In this document: piece after piece, positions 1-11,249 of the stretch | Layout of the letters: each line of letters opens with the position of its first letter | Numbering within the stretch: the first letter of the stretch is position 1 | Assembly: GCF_001194135.2 (NCBI RefSeq) | Contig: NC_068983.1 | Location: 90,843,995 to 90,892,211, forward strand | Origin: Octopus bimaculoides | Taxonomy: Eukaryota | Reading direction: 5' to 3' | DNA length: 48,217 nt | Made by a program: the position numbers and the translations under genes | Notes under the pieces: generated by a model | Database searches by the model: none | What the model saw: the letters and a program-made list of their open reading frames with translations, nothing else | What the model was told of the DNA's origin: nothing

Positions 1-314
1 AGAAGGTCCCTGTCACTCGTCGACGAGGTAGTTTGCAAGAGGGTGTCATAGAATTGGTCTTTCAGACCATCTGGTAGCCCAGGTTGAGGTGCATAGGCTG
101 AGATGACAGTAGCTAATCTATGATGAAGCACTAGTCTGATCTTAAGTACTCTGTCACTTACTCTAACGACCTCGATTACCTTATCCACCCATTTCTCCGC
201 TAGAAGTATTCCTACGCCCCCGACCCCGTCAGTGTTCCCTGCCCAGAAAATCTTGTACCTGTGTTCTTTGCCTGTGAGGAACCTTGCAGAACCTCCTCTC
301 CATCTTACTTCCTG

Positions 315-318
<4 letters not shown>
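1..318 (-). mobile_element. RTE-clade LINE fragment (endonuclease region)
   Basis: Aligns by eye with 45595-45900 (agaaggtccctgtca...gtttgcaagagggtgtcata...aaaatcttgtacctgtgttctttgcctgtgaggaacc), the APE domain of the near-full-length RTE copy. Confidence 0.85.
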
Positions 319-349
<31 letters not shown>

Positions 350-352
350 TAT

Positions 353-1143
353 ACACCTCTGGTTAAGTCATCTTGAGTTGCGTTGTTTCCAAAGATATGT
401 CAGTCTTTCTAAAATATTAAATAAATACAGTATTAATTTACATTGCCTAGCAAAGCAGCAATAACATTCATACTATATTGTACTGTTAGTTCTGGACTGT
501 TTGATTGGTTATGTTTGTTCATATTCGTCTCTGGGAAATAAATAAGAAAGAAACATATAATCTGTAAAACGTATTAAAATTAATGTTACGATACAATATA
601 CATCTTTGACCCTAAGCTTAGTTGTTTTACGTTGAAGAAAATGCAAGAGGCTTTTTCTCATTTAAATAAATGTCTTGCTTTATTTGAGGAAATGGATCCC
701 ACTGCACAATGTTTTATAAAAATATTGGGGGATTGTCAAGATACTATTGCACCTTATTACCTAATCCTTGAAGAAAAGACGTAAAAGACAATTCAAGGAA
801 CTTTACACAAGTTCGCTCAATGTTCTACATCATCACAACAGGCGTCAGCTGAAAATCCCCAACCATTGACGTCTAGTGTGTAATCTCCTACACCAGCCTC
901 AATGAGTAACACCGAGATGTCAGCCATCAGGTTACCAACAGTGCAGTATTTGAAATTATTTCTTTCTAATATAAAAGCAGCCTAGGCTTGCCTAACAATT
1001 TACTGAATTCCTAAGCTAACATAAAAACAACCTCAGCTAGCCTAGGTTTTAATTATTACATGTATATACATTTAAATAATGGTTATTTTGACCTAAGTTA
1101 TGTCCTCTGGAACCAATTAACGATGTAGGGTGATGTATGATTG
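353..1143 (+). mobile_element. Tigger/pogo DNA transposon remnant (internally deleted)
   Basis: 626-815 translates FTLKKMQEAFSHLNKCLALFEEMDPTAQCFIKILGDCQDTIAPYYLILEEKT*KTIQGTLHKF, resembling the Tigger transposase C-terminus. The right end ggaaccaattaacgatgtagggtgatgtatgattg|TA looks like a decayed Tigger TIR. Left end unresolved. Confidence 0.6.
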
Positions 1144-1249
1144 TATATATATGTGTTGTGTGTGTGTAATATGTGCTCCAGCGTGGCCACAAGTAAAAGA
1201 AAAAAATGTGTGTGTGTGTGTGTAGATAAATATATATATATGTATGTAT

Positions 1250-1460
1250 GTGTTTGTGTTTGCCCCACATCACCTCTTGACAACTGGTGTTGGTGTGTTT
1301 ACATCCCTGTAACTTTGCAGCTCAGCAAAAGAGACTGATAGAATAAGTACCAGGCTTCAAGAAAAATAAGTACTGAGGTTGAGTTATTTAACTAAATTCT
1401 TCAAGACAGTGCCTCAGCATGACCACAGTCCAATGACTGAAAAAAGTAAAAGATAAAGAT
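1250..1460 (+). mobile_element. SINE, 3' half (same family as 27937-28322)
   Basis: cttgacaactggtgttggtgtgtttacatccctgtaactt...gatagaataagtaccaggctt...cagcatgaccacagtccaatgactgaaa matches the 3' half of the copies at 27937 and 40446. Confidence 0.85.
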
Positions 1461-3090
1461 ACACACACACATATGCAGTTCAGTTTCAACCCTGTGACTG
1501 AACTTGCTACCTGTATTATAAATGATCGACAATTAATGTGCCTAGCAGTCACTCATGAACTTTTTGATTCCTCTTTTAGAATGTAGATGAGATAATGGTT
1601 TGGTTTTGAAATTATTTTGGGTTTGTATTCCAAAAAAAGAAAAAGAAGTAAAAGGCATTTTTGAAATATGCAGAAAATAGAGCAATCTTCATAGACTTTT
1701 GTGGCAAAATTTGATTTGATCTATTTTCTATTTCATTGTAGCATCTTTTATGATTATGTATAAATATATAACAAGGTTGAGAGGGCCCTTTGATCTTGGC
1801 AAGGACATGACAACCTCTCTAGTGTTGTGCGATGATTAAATGCATCTGGTATACCATGTAAAGTGACCTGCCCACATCAGTGAAACTGAGTTCTAGAAGC
1901 TCTATGTTCTACAAGTGCTTGTGTTCCACCCACATGCAACAAGAAAACTTTTCACACACCCTATCCCAACAAACCAAACTACATCTCTTCTCTTCTGGCA
2001 GAATTATGATGTAAGCATGTGCTAGAACCCCTCATAACTTTTTTTATTTTCCTGAATATTTACAAAACTTCTCCAATTCTGTCTTCTGCATAATGGAATT
2101 GATACAATTATGCAAAAAAGAAAAAATTTATTTTCACCCCCCCCCAATTTGTTTTTTAATTCGTGGTTTTAAAATACAGACAGTCCAAGTCTACCATTCA
2201 TTTCTCTTTGTAATTTCCAAATAATTTTTTAAATACTTCAAAATCAAAATTATGTAAATATGTGTGCCAGAAACAGTAGTTAGAAATTAAGGAAATAGAT
2301 TTTGGGGAGATATCTTATTATGATTGGCTTTTATCTTCTGAAACTTATACATATACATGTATATATGCATACAGAAACATAAATATATACACACACACGC
2401 ATACATTTTTACAGAGTTAGTTTTATATACATATTTGTATATATATATATTTATATATTTTGATTGGAAATTATAAAGTAAAACAAATGGTAGATTCAAG
2501 CTCCATATTTTAAAACCATGAATTTAAAAAAAATTGGGGTAGGGATTAAAAAAATTTTATAAAAATTCGTAAAAATAAAAAAGTTGAGGGGTTTCATGCA
2601 CTGTTTACCTCACTCCCCAATTCTGTCCTCATGGCCCTGTTCACAGTATCATTGCTATCCATTAGCCCAATCCCACCAACCCATCCCCTCTATATACCCA
2701 GGTTTTCACCACTCACTGCCCCCCCCCCAATCTCTACTCATGTTTCCATGGCAATGCCCTGCCACTTATATTATTACCTCTGTGCCTCAAGGGTATGCCT
2801 TGACACTTGCCACCATCTACCTCTCCCTTCTTTTACTTGACCATCCCATTTATATTCTGGTCTCTGTCCCTTGTGAGTATGTCCACCACTCTGCCACCAT
2901 CTCTCTCCTACTCTTTTGCACTCTTTCACTCTCTCTCTCTCCTCCTTCTGCTGTTCCCTCAGGCTGAGTAACCATATATCTCCTTTACAGTGGCACACCT
3001 TCCTGATCACTCTCTCTCTCTCTCACCGGGTAACCATCTACCTTCTCTACTGCAAGACACCTGTTTCTGTCTCTCTGTCTCGCTATAACC

Positions 3091-3643
3091 CAAAAGGTCG
3101 GTGAACTGAGCTAAATTACCCCAAGTGGAGTAAAAATGAAATTCTTGGGGGTAATGAGGACTCATTAGACATAAGTAAAATTATATTAAAAATGTGTTCC
3201 TTGTTACGACAAAAATGTTTCTTCTGGCATGAAGAGGCAATCAGGAAGTTGCTGCCTTTTGCAACAACCTACCTTTACAAACAGATTTTCCACTCTAATG
3301 AAAGCAGAATAATCGACTGGGCCCTGAAGACTGTATCCAAATTGCTCTGGCATGAAAATGTCCCAATTTTGATGTAATTGTAACAAAACTGAAACATCAT
3401 TTCTCCAGAACCTGAAGTGAAAAAGTTTCTAGAAAAATCCTTTTGTTTCATAATGAGGATATTAATTTATCACATTTGTTTTACACCTTTTATATTTATA
3501 ATTGTATTCTCCCTATAAATAGATTCAGTAAACCTTTTGAATTCAAAGAATCTATGATTTTCTTTCTTTCAATTCAAAGGGGTAATGTCAGCATAAATAA
3601 ATATATTTTGGGATAATTGGTTTAAAAAGTTCCCTGACCCCTG
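3091..3643 (+). mobile_element. hAT (Charlie/Buster-type) non-autonomous element, 553 bp
   Basis: Perfect 8-bp TSD CTATAACC at 3083-3090 and 3644-3651. Imperfect TIRs (caaaaggtcggtgaact versus the reverse complement of agttccctgacccctg). Internal frameshifted hAT C-terminus AIRKLLPFATTYL...GPEDCIQIAL...CPNFDVIVTKLKHHFS. Confidence 0.85.
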
Positions 3644-3744
3644 CTATAACCTTTCGTCATCTGACACAAGATCACTTCCTCCAACACCCTCTCCCCTTCT
3701 CCAATGCTCTCTCCCTTCTCCCAATGTCCTCTCCCCTCTCAAAA

Positions 3745-4072
3745 GATTTTTGTCTTGCAAGTTACTTGGTGACCCTGCCAGTGCTGATGCCATGTAACAA
3801 GCATCTAGTCCACACTGTAAAGTCGTTGGCATTTGGAAGGGCATTGAGCTATAAAAACTATGCCAAAACTGACCTCACCTCTGCTTATGCCAAGTAAAAA
3901 GTACTCTGTCCACTCTGCTGGTTGGTTAGTTGGCTGATGTTAGGAAGGGCATCCAACTGTAAAAATCTTGCCAAAACAGACACTGAAGTCTGGTCAGCTC
4001 CTGTCAAACTGTCCAACCCATGCCAGCATGGCAGGCAAACATTAAGTGATGATGATGATGGTGTAAAAATCA
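3745..4072 (+). mobile_element. RTE-type 3' tail fragments (two tandem pieces) ending in (GAT)n
   Basis: ttaggaagggcatccaactgtaaaaa...ccaacccatgccagcatgg...(gat)4, the same tail as the RTE copies ending at 8963 and 42418. Confidence 0.7.
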
Positions 4073-4474
4073 ATGGAACAAAGTTATCATTGCAGATGGG
4101 ACTTGCATATGGTGGCAGACTATTGCAGGAACTTGGCTTGTGGTTTTAGAAACAATGATGTAATTTGTCTGTATAAATTTTAAGATTTTTACTAGTTTTT
4201 CAGTAGAATTTTAAGAAAACATTCTGGTTCTAAAGAAAAACAAATTTGTATGTATGTTTGTATATTATGCCTTGTACCTCATAAACTGATTTATTGATGA
4301 AGCAATGAAATTCTATGGATTCTGTATTTTAAAATCTTGATATGATGGTTATAAATGGCTTTCATTTTCAAACTATATCAAAAAAACACTAGTTCGACTC
4401 CAAATTTTTTGACAACAGAGGAAAAAATTATTTTGTTGGCCTGTAATATTTATTGAACTTGATTTTTTTTTCAG

Positions 4475-4494
4475 ATTGTCTATAATATATTGTC
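4475..4494 (+). other. stau: 5' UTR portion of the first coding exon of staufen; implies an upstream non-coding exon
   Basis: Splice acceptor at 4473-4474 lies 20 nt before the ATG. No upstream exon or promoter identified in the window. Confidence 0.6.
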
Positions 4495-4573
4495 ATGTCT
4501 CAAATACTGAAAAATAATCCTAAAATGAAGTTACCAACCACAAACCAAGGAACTATGCCTGTTCCACCTTCAG
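4495..4573 (+). CDS. stau: staufen homolog, first coding exon (MSQILKNNPKMKLPTTNQGTMPVPPS + 1 nt)
   Basis: Acceptor (T)8-TCAG ends at 4474. In-frame TAA at 4483-4485 precedes ATG 4495 (G at -3). Donor CAG|GTAAGA at 4573/4574. The phase-1 end joins the exon at 26219 in frame (G|TG = Val). Linkage rests on splice signals and phase, not on transcript data. Confidence 0.72.
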
Positions 4574-5064
4574 GTAAGATAATATTGTTTTTTATTGGTT
4601 CACTATAATTATTTAGCAAAATTTTATGCTGTGACAAAAAAGACTAACATTTTGGAAAGACTCTTTATCAGAGGGAAATGAAAAGTCAACTGATGTTGAA
4701 GGATTTTAAGCCCTAAGTCTGATTGTGTACTTTTTGCTGTTATGTGCCATATTCAGAGTTATAAAGGATTTAAGATGGATACGCTGTTGTGCAGTGATTA
4801 TTAACCGTTTTCTTTTTTTGTAGTGCCCTCCTTTTAAGTAGTTGTTATGCCTAGCTTCCTCCTAACTGGCAAGTGAAGTATCACAACTAAGCAAACTTAA
4901 CATGGATGATAAATTATAAATGTTACTCTAAAAATGGATTGTGTAAGCTTTCAACAGTGAAATGATGTAAAAAAAAAACTAATGAATTAATAACCTTGCT
5001 CTACTCGTAAACAAAGTGAAGGTGTCAAACAGAAGTTGCTGGTTCACAATTTCCTTGACTCTCC

Positions 5065-5830
5065 TTTACAGGTTGACAAGAAAAACCTAAAGTATATGAA
5101 GTTATTTACATATCTTGGTAGTAAAGCGAACACAAGCACTTCCCTTTGATAATGAAATCATCACTTATCTTGCAAAAGCAACCAATGCATTTGGCAAACT
5201 CCATCATCACCTGTGGAATGATAGGGACATTAAACTTGACACCAATGTACAGGTCTATAAAGCTGCCATTCTTACTTACTCTCTTGTATGGATCAGAATT
5301 GTGAACAACCTACAAGTGGCACATTAACCAACTAGATGTCTTCTACAAGGGTTGTCTCAGGACAATCTGCAGTTAATCACTAAAAGACAAAATGTCTTAT
5401 GTCAATCTATTTAGCAGGTGTAAGATTGGTGGAATTGAGAGCAATTGTGCTGCGTTGGCCATGTTGTCAGAATGAGGGACAAAAGAATACCCAAAGTCCT
5501 CATGTACAGCCAGCTTGATAGTGAGCACAGAAATGTTGGTCAACCATGGCTCAGATATGAGGACAAACTGAAGAGTAACCTTTTAGCAGGCAATATAGCT
5601 CATAACAGTTTTGAGTAAGCAGCTTAGGAGCGAACAAAATGGAGATCATTCTGTCAAAATGTTATCAGAGACTTTGTTAAACTAGCATTAACAGGCTAAG
5701 GGGCTCAAAGCAAAGGAAAAAAGCAGCTGCAACACTACTACCTGCGCTGACTTGTAATCCTCATACCAGCAACATTTGCGGGCTTTGCAAATTAGTTGGC
5801 TGGACTCAAATATCACATTTGACTGACAAA
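5065..5830 (+). mobile_element. Older RTE (BovB-like) LINE 3' fragment, RT thumb/C-terminus
   Basis: Frameshifted translation FTYLGS...DNEI...AKATNAFGKLHHHLWNDRDIKLDTNVQVYKAAIL...GHVVRMRDKRIPKVLMYSQL...GQPWLRYEDKLKSNL. Distinct from the main RTE family here. Confidence 0.8.
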
Positions 5831-5904
5831 GGTGGAGATTGTTGGAGTCTATGTCAAAAACCGATTTGTGTGTGTGTGCATGTATGGATATTTATTTATT
5901 GATG

Positions 5905-6186
5905 TGCCCTTTTAAAGCCTAGCCAGGCTCATGGGCCCGGTTTCCTGATTTCTATGGTGTAAGTATCCCCCCACCTCAGCTAGACGGGATGCCAGTCCAT
6001 TGCAGCTTTACTCAAGAAACAGGAAGAAAGAGTGAGAGAAAGTTAGGGCGAAAGAGTACAACAGGGGTTACCACCACCTCTTGCCGGAGCCTAGTGGAAC
6101 TTTAGGTGTTTTCGCTCTGGGAATCGAAACTGCGGTCCTCCGACCGCGAGTCCGCTGCCCTAACCACTAGGCCATTGCGCCTCCAC
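5905..6186 (-). mobile_element. tRNA-derived SINE
   Basis: Minus strand reads GGAGGCGCAATGGCCTAGTGGTTAGGGCAGCGGACTCGCGGTCGGAGGACCGCAGTTTCGATTCC (A box TGGCCTAGTGG, B box GTTTCGATTCC). Body is shared with 9551-9810. Confidence 0.85.
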
Positions 6187-6220
6187 ATGTATGGATATAC
6201 ATAAGTATATATATATATAT

Positions 6221-7088
6221 NNNNNNNNNNNNNNNNNNNNNNNNNNNNNNNNNNNNNNNNNNNNNNNNNNNNNNNNNNNNNNNNNNNNNNNNNNNNNNNN
6301 NNNNNNNNNNNNNNNNNNNNNNNNNNNNNNNNNNNNNNNNNNNNNNNNNNNNNNNNNNNNNNNNNNNNNNNNNNNNNNNNNNNNNNNNNNNNNNNNNNNN
6401 NNNNNNNNNNNNNNNNNNNNNNNNNNNNNNNNNNNNNNNNNNNNNNNNNNNNNNNNNNNNNNNNNNNNNNNNNNNNNNNNNNNNNNNNNNNNNNNNNNNN
6501 NNNNNNNNNNNNNNNNNNNNNNNNNNNNNNNNNNNNNNNNNNNNNNNNNNNNNNNNNNNNNNNNNNNNNNNNNNNNNNNNNNNNNNNNNNNNNNNNNNNN
6601 NNNNNNNNNNNNNNNNNNNNNNNNNNNNNNNNNNNNNNNNNNNNNNNNNNNNNNNNNNNNNNNNNNNNNNNNNNNNNNNNNNNNNNNNNNNNNNNNNNNN
6701 NNNNNNNNNNNNNNNNNNNNNNNNNNNNNNNNNNNNNNNNNNNNNNNNNNNNNNNNNNNNNNNNNNNNNNNNNNNNNNNNNNNNNNNNNNNNNNNNNNNN
6801 NNNNNNNNNNNNNNNNNNNNNNNNNNNNNNNNNNNNNNNNNNNNNNNNNNNNNNNNNNNNNNNNNNNNNNNNNNNNNNNNNNNNNNNNNNNNNNNNNNNN
6901 NNNNNNNNNNNNNNNNNNNNNNNNNNNNNNNNNNNNNNNNNNNNNNNNNNNNNNNNNNNNNNNNNNNNNNNNNNNNNNNNNNNNNNNNNNNNNNNNNNNN
7001 NNNNNNNNNNNNNNNNNNNNNNNNNNNNNNNNNNNNNNNNNNNNNNNNNNNNNNNNNNNNNNNNNNNNNNNNNNNNNNNNNNNNNNNN
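6221..7088. other. Assembly gap (N run); other large gaps at 17236-17545, 31736-32456 and 46354-46663
   Basis: Runs of N. ORF-track entries crossing these gaps are artefacts. Confidence 0.99.
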
Positions 7089-7130
<42 letters not shown>

Positions 7131-7136
<6 letters not shown>

Positions 7137-8963
7137 GTTAGGGTTTGTTCCAGGGAAAGGCACCACTGATGCTATATTTCTGGTAAGACAGCTGCAGGAG
7201 AAATACCTAGCTAAACATAAACCTCTGTACCTGGCTTTCGTTGAAATGGTGAAAGCCTTTGACAGGGTCCCCTGCTCCCTTATCTGGTGGTCAATGAGGA
7301 AACTAGGGATAGATGAGTGGTTAGTGAGACCTGTGTAAGTCATGTACAGGGATGCTGTCCGTAAGGTGAGGGTTGGCAACGAGTACAGTGAAGAATTCCA
7401 GGTAGAGGTAGGGGTCCACCAAGGTTCAGTCCTCAGCCCCCTCCTATTTATCATAGTCCTCCATGCAATAACAGAGGAATTCAAGACAGGATGCCCCTGG
7501 TAGCTCTTCTATGCTGATGACCTTGCCCTAATTGCTGAGTCACTATAAGAATTAGAGGAGAAGTTTCAGGTGTGGAAGCAAGGACTAGAATCGAAGGNNN
7601 NNNNNNNAACTAGAAATAGTTGATAGCTTCCGCTACCTAGGTGACCAAGTTTGTAGCGGGGGAAATTGCACTGAAAGTGTAGCTGCTAGAATAAGAATAG
7701 CCTGGGCAAAGTTCAGACAGCTCTTACCTCTGCTGGTGACAAAGGGCCTCTCACTCAGAGTAAAAGGCAAACTGTATGACGCATGTGTACGAACAGCCAT
7801 GCTACATGTCTGTGAAACATGGGCCGTGACTGCTGAGGACATACATAAGCCCGCAAGAAACAAAGCCATTATGCTCCAATGGATGTGTAATGTCAGTGTG
7901 TATACTCGACAGAGTATAAGTACCTTGAGAGAAAAATTAGACCTAAGAAGCATCAGTTGTGGCGTGCAAGAGAGACGATTGCACTGGTATGGACATGTGG
8001 CAAGAATGGATGAGGATAGCTGTGTAAAAAAGTGCCACACCCTAGCAGTTGAGGGAATCTATGGAAGAGATAGACCCAGGAAGACCTGGGATGAGGTTGT
8101 GAAGCATGACCTTCGAACTTTAGGCCTCACCGAGGCAATGACCAGTGACCGGGACCTTTGGAAATATGCTGTATGGGAGAAGACCTGGCAAGGCAAGTGA
8201 GAGCATAATCTGTGACCTCTGCCAGAAGTGTAGCCAGCTCACTTATTTGTATCTTTACTTCATTGGACACTAAAAACTCTGTTTGTGACGACCTGTTGAG
8301 GCAAGTGAATTTGAAATTTGAAATCTGAAATTGAAATCGAACCAAATCCGACAACTGGCACCCATGCCAACCTCTCCTTCATTGAACACTAAACTCTGTT
8401 TGCGAAGACCTGCTGGAGCAAGTGAAATCGAAATCGTAATTGAACCATACTCGATGACTGGCACCTGCGCCAGTGGAGCACTAACAGCACTGTCCGAGCT
8501 TGTTCATTCCCAGAGCAGCTGTCTNNNNNNNNNNCAGTGGAGCACTAACAGCACTGTCCGAGCTTGTTCATTCCCAGAGCAGCTGTCTGGCTTCCATGCT
8601 AGTGGCCTGTAAATAGCATCATTTGAGCGTAATCATTACCAGCGTCGCCTTCTAGCACTTGTGCTGGTAGCACATTAGAAAATCATTTGAGCAAGGTCGT
8701 TGCCAGTGCTGCTGGACTAGCTCCCGTGCAGGTGGCACATAAAAAACATCTTTTTGAGCGTGGCTATTGCCAGTACTGTGTGACTGGCCCTCGTGCCAGT
8801 GGCACGTAGAAGCATCCACTACACTCTCGAGGTAGGGCATCCAGCTGTAGAAACTCTGCCAGATCAGATTGGAGCCTGGTGCAGCCTTCTGGCTTGCCAG
8901 TCATCAGTCAAATCGTCCAACCCATGCTAGCATGAAAAGCGGACATTAAACGATGATGATGAT
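7131..8963 (+). mobile_element. 5'-truncated RTE LINE (RT core to 3' UTR, (GAT)n tail)
   Basis: QLGFVPGKGTTDAIFLVRQLQEKY...AFDRVP...GVHQGSVLSPLLF...YADDLAL; ORF ends at 8200; 3' UTR minisatellite; tail gatgatgatgat to 8963. Contains stops and two small N gaps. Confidence 0.95.
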
Positions 8964-8967
8964 AGTA

Positions 8968-9095
8968 AGGTGGTTGGTGTTAGGAAGGGTATCCACCCAT
9001 AAAAGCCCTGCCAAAACAAACAGTGTAGCCTGGTGCAGTCTTCTGCCTCGCCAGCCCCTGTCAAACCATCCAGCCCATGCTATCATGGAAAAGGA
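8968..9095 (+). mobile_element. Second, older RTE-type tail fragment directly after the previous tail
   Basis: tggttggtgttaggaagggtatccacccataaaagccctgccaaaac...ccagcccatgctatcatggaaaagg. Confidence 0.7.
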
Positions 9096-9294
9096 AGAAA
9101 TCAAATGACAAGGAGAGAAAGGCTTGACGAAATCTATCTCATCTTCCACCAACATTGCCATGCAGTCAATGCCATCAGCTGTTCTATGCAAGAATTGGTT
9201 TACAGAGTCATCAGTGACATCACCTTAAAGAAAGCTTTCAGCAATGAAGGGACTAAATTCTCAGATATGTGATACAGCTGATGATGTTTATATT

Positions 9295-9520
9295 CTTTCT
9301 TTCATTCTTTTACTTCTTTCAGTCATTTGACTGTGGCCCTGCTGGAGCACCATCTTAAAGGGCTTTAGTCCAAGAAAGCAACTTCAGGACTTATTCCTTG
9401 TAAGCCAAGTGCTTATTGTATTGGTCTCTTTGCCAAACCTCTAAATTATGGGGATGTAAACTCACCAACATCGGTTGTCAAGCAATGATGGGCTGACAAA
9501 CACAAACACAAAGACATACA
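9295..9520 (-). mobile_element. SINE, 3' half, antisense
   Basis: ttcagtcatttgactgtggccctgctggagcacc...gatgtaaactcaccaacatcggttgtcaagc is the reverse complement of the 27937/40446-family 3' half. Confidence 0.8.
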
Positions 9521-9550
9521 CACATGAATATATATATCTATATATATATA

Positions 9551-9810
9551 GCAGAGGCACAATGGCCCAGTGGGTAGAGCAGCAGACTTGTAGTCGTAGG
9601 ATTGCAGTTTCGATTCCCCGGGCATTGTGTTTATTGAGCAAAAACACCTAAAGCTCCATGAGGCTCCAGCAGGGGGTGGTGGCGAACCCTGTTGTACCTG
9701 TATTTCAAAGGGCCAGCCTTGTCACACTCTGTGTCATGCTGACTCTTCCTGAGAACTACATTAAGGGTACATGTGTCTGTGGAGTGCTCAGCCACTTGCA
9801 CATTAATTAA
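9551..9810 (+). mobile_element. tRNA-derived SINE
   Basis: A box TGGCCCAGTGG and B box GTTTCGATTCC. Body aaaacacctaaagctccatgaggctcc...ggtggtggcgaaccctgttgtac is shared with 5905-6186. Confidence 0.8.
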
Positions 9811-9864
9811 CAGATATATTTACCAAAATTACATAAAAAAAATATCTTGAAATACTAAAGAATA

Positions 9865-10350
9865 AATTTATTCAATAAAATCACCATTGGCTTCAACCAC
9901 AGCCTCCAGACGACTTTGGATTCTCCCGCAACTCTTCTGGACGGTCTCCTTGTTTAAGTTGGTGAATGCTGCAATGATTCTTGCCTTCAGTTCATCTTTG
10001 GAGTTTTGTTGGTCTCTCTCTCAACTGCGCCCCACACATAATAATCAAAGTGGTTGCAGTCTGGGGAGTTAAATGGCCTGATGTTAGGGGTGGTGTGGTC
10101 ACAGAAATTGTCTAACAGCCATGGCTGGATTCTCCTGTTTGTGCAGCATAGTGCAGAGTCCTGTTGCCCAGTATAGGGTCTTCCAGCAGCCACCCTCTTG
10201 ACCTAGGGCAGTGCTACCTCCTCCAGGTACTTGATGTAGGCCTCCGTGTTGAGTCTCAAGCCGTGTGGGAAGATGAATGGTGGCATAACATCGCCATCAC
10301 TGGTGATCACTCCAAACACCATGATGTTAACTAGATGTTTAATTTTTATC
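9865..10350 (-). pseudogene. Tc1/mariner-superfamily DD37D (maT-type) transposase, 3' fragment
   Basis: IMVFGVITSDGDVMPPFIF...QQDSA-...-NSPDCNHFDYYVWGAVE...LEAVVEANGDFIE*. There are 37 residues between the second and third catalytic Asp. Contains stops and frameshifts. Confidence 0.85.
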
Positions 10351-10637
10351 ATTCTCAGTACATGTCCTCAGATTGACATGCAAACACTCTGAAATGTTTG
10401 TATTGGAGCTTCTGGTGTGAATGCCAAGCAGTACAGCATGTTGTTTCCAAATCTCTAACATAGTGCTGTTTTTCTCACAGGCAATGCCCAACTAACCCTA
10501 CTATACTGTGTAGTCAACAAAGTCAAAAACAAGCAATGCACATGCCCAAAATTAAAGCTATAAAATGGCGACAACATATCTATCGCACCCACTATATGTA
10601 CATATATAATAGATATATAAATACATGTATATATGCG

Positions 10638-10915
10638 AGGATGCATAGCTTAGGATGTAGCACTCGCAACCGTGAGATCATGATTTCAATTCCTAGACTG
10701 GGTGGTGTGTTGTGTTCTTGAGCAAAACAATTTATCTCACGTTGCTCTGTGATCACTTTGATTCCTGAACAGTGCACTTGTTCAGACAACATCGGTTTGA
10801 TGGAGAGAGTGAGCTAATGTACAGCACATACATTTGATCTCTGTAAGCAAATCGTTTGTGCAGGTTATTTGGCAAATGCTGAGCACTCATACATCATCTT
10901 CAATGGGAGAGCCCT
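10638..10915 (+). mobile_element. Degenerate tRNA-derived SINE with CORE-like middle
   Basis: Decayed head (gatttcaattcc B box) followed by gtgttgtgttcttgagcaaaacaatttatctcac. Confidence 0.55.
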
Positions 10916-11249
10916 TCATATGTTGTGTGTGTATATATATATATNNNNNNNNNNTATATATAATGCATAGATTTGTGTATATAAATATTTGAAAGTCTAT
11001 GAGGATTACTTAATACAGTTTTTGAAGTGTAAAGGTGATTTTTTTCTAAAAAAAATTTTACTTTTTTTTTTAAATGTTATGAAAATGAGGATGTTACTAA
11101 CCTTTTTTGGGAAGAAGTTTTTTTCTAGTGTGTGAGCGCTTTTGTTAAATCTTTTCAAACACATGTTCTTAATGAGTATGCCGTTAGTTTTGTGGTAGTG
11201 ATACTATTATTTTCGGTTTATTTCTGGATTTTTGGTTTTAGTCATAAAT

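Noticed and set aside
2584-2967. 127-aa ORF and overlapping small ORFs
   Set aside because: Pyrimidine-rich low-complexity sequence with no recognisable domain and no convincing splice context.
6115-6186. tRNA-like sequences at SINE heads (also 9551, 27937, 40446, 48054)
   Set aside because: They have A/B boxes but no complete cloverleaf or acceptor stem and run directly into SINE bodies, so they are not tRNA genes.
6102-7484. Long ORF-track entries spanning N runs (6102-7484, 6191-7141, 17160-17573, 31646-32566, 46083-46888)
   Set aside because: Their length comes from X residues; the real parts are antisense or sense LINE fragments.
8466-8590. Short duplications around 10-N gaps (also 34340-34447)
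   Set aside because: These are assembly artefacts at gap edges.
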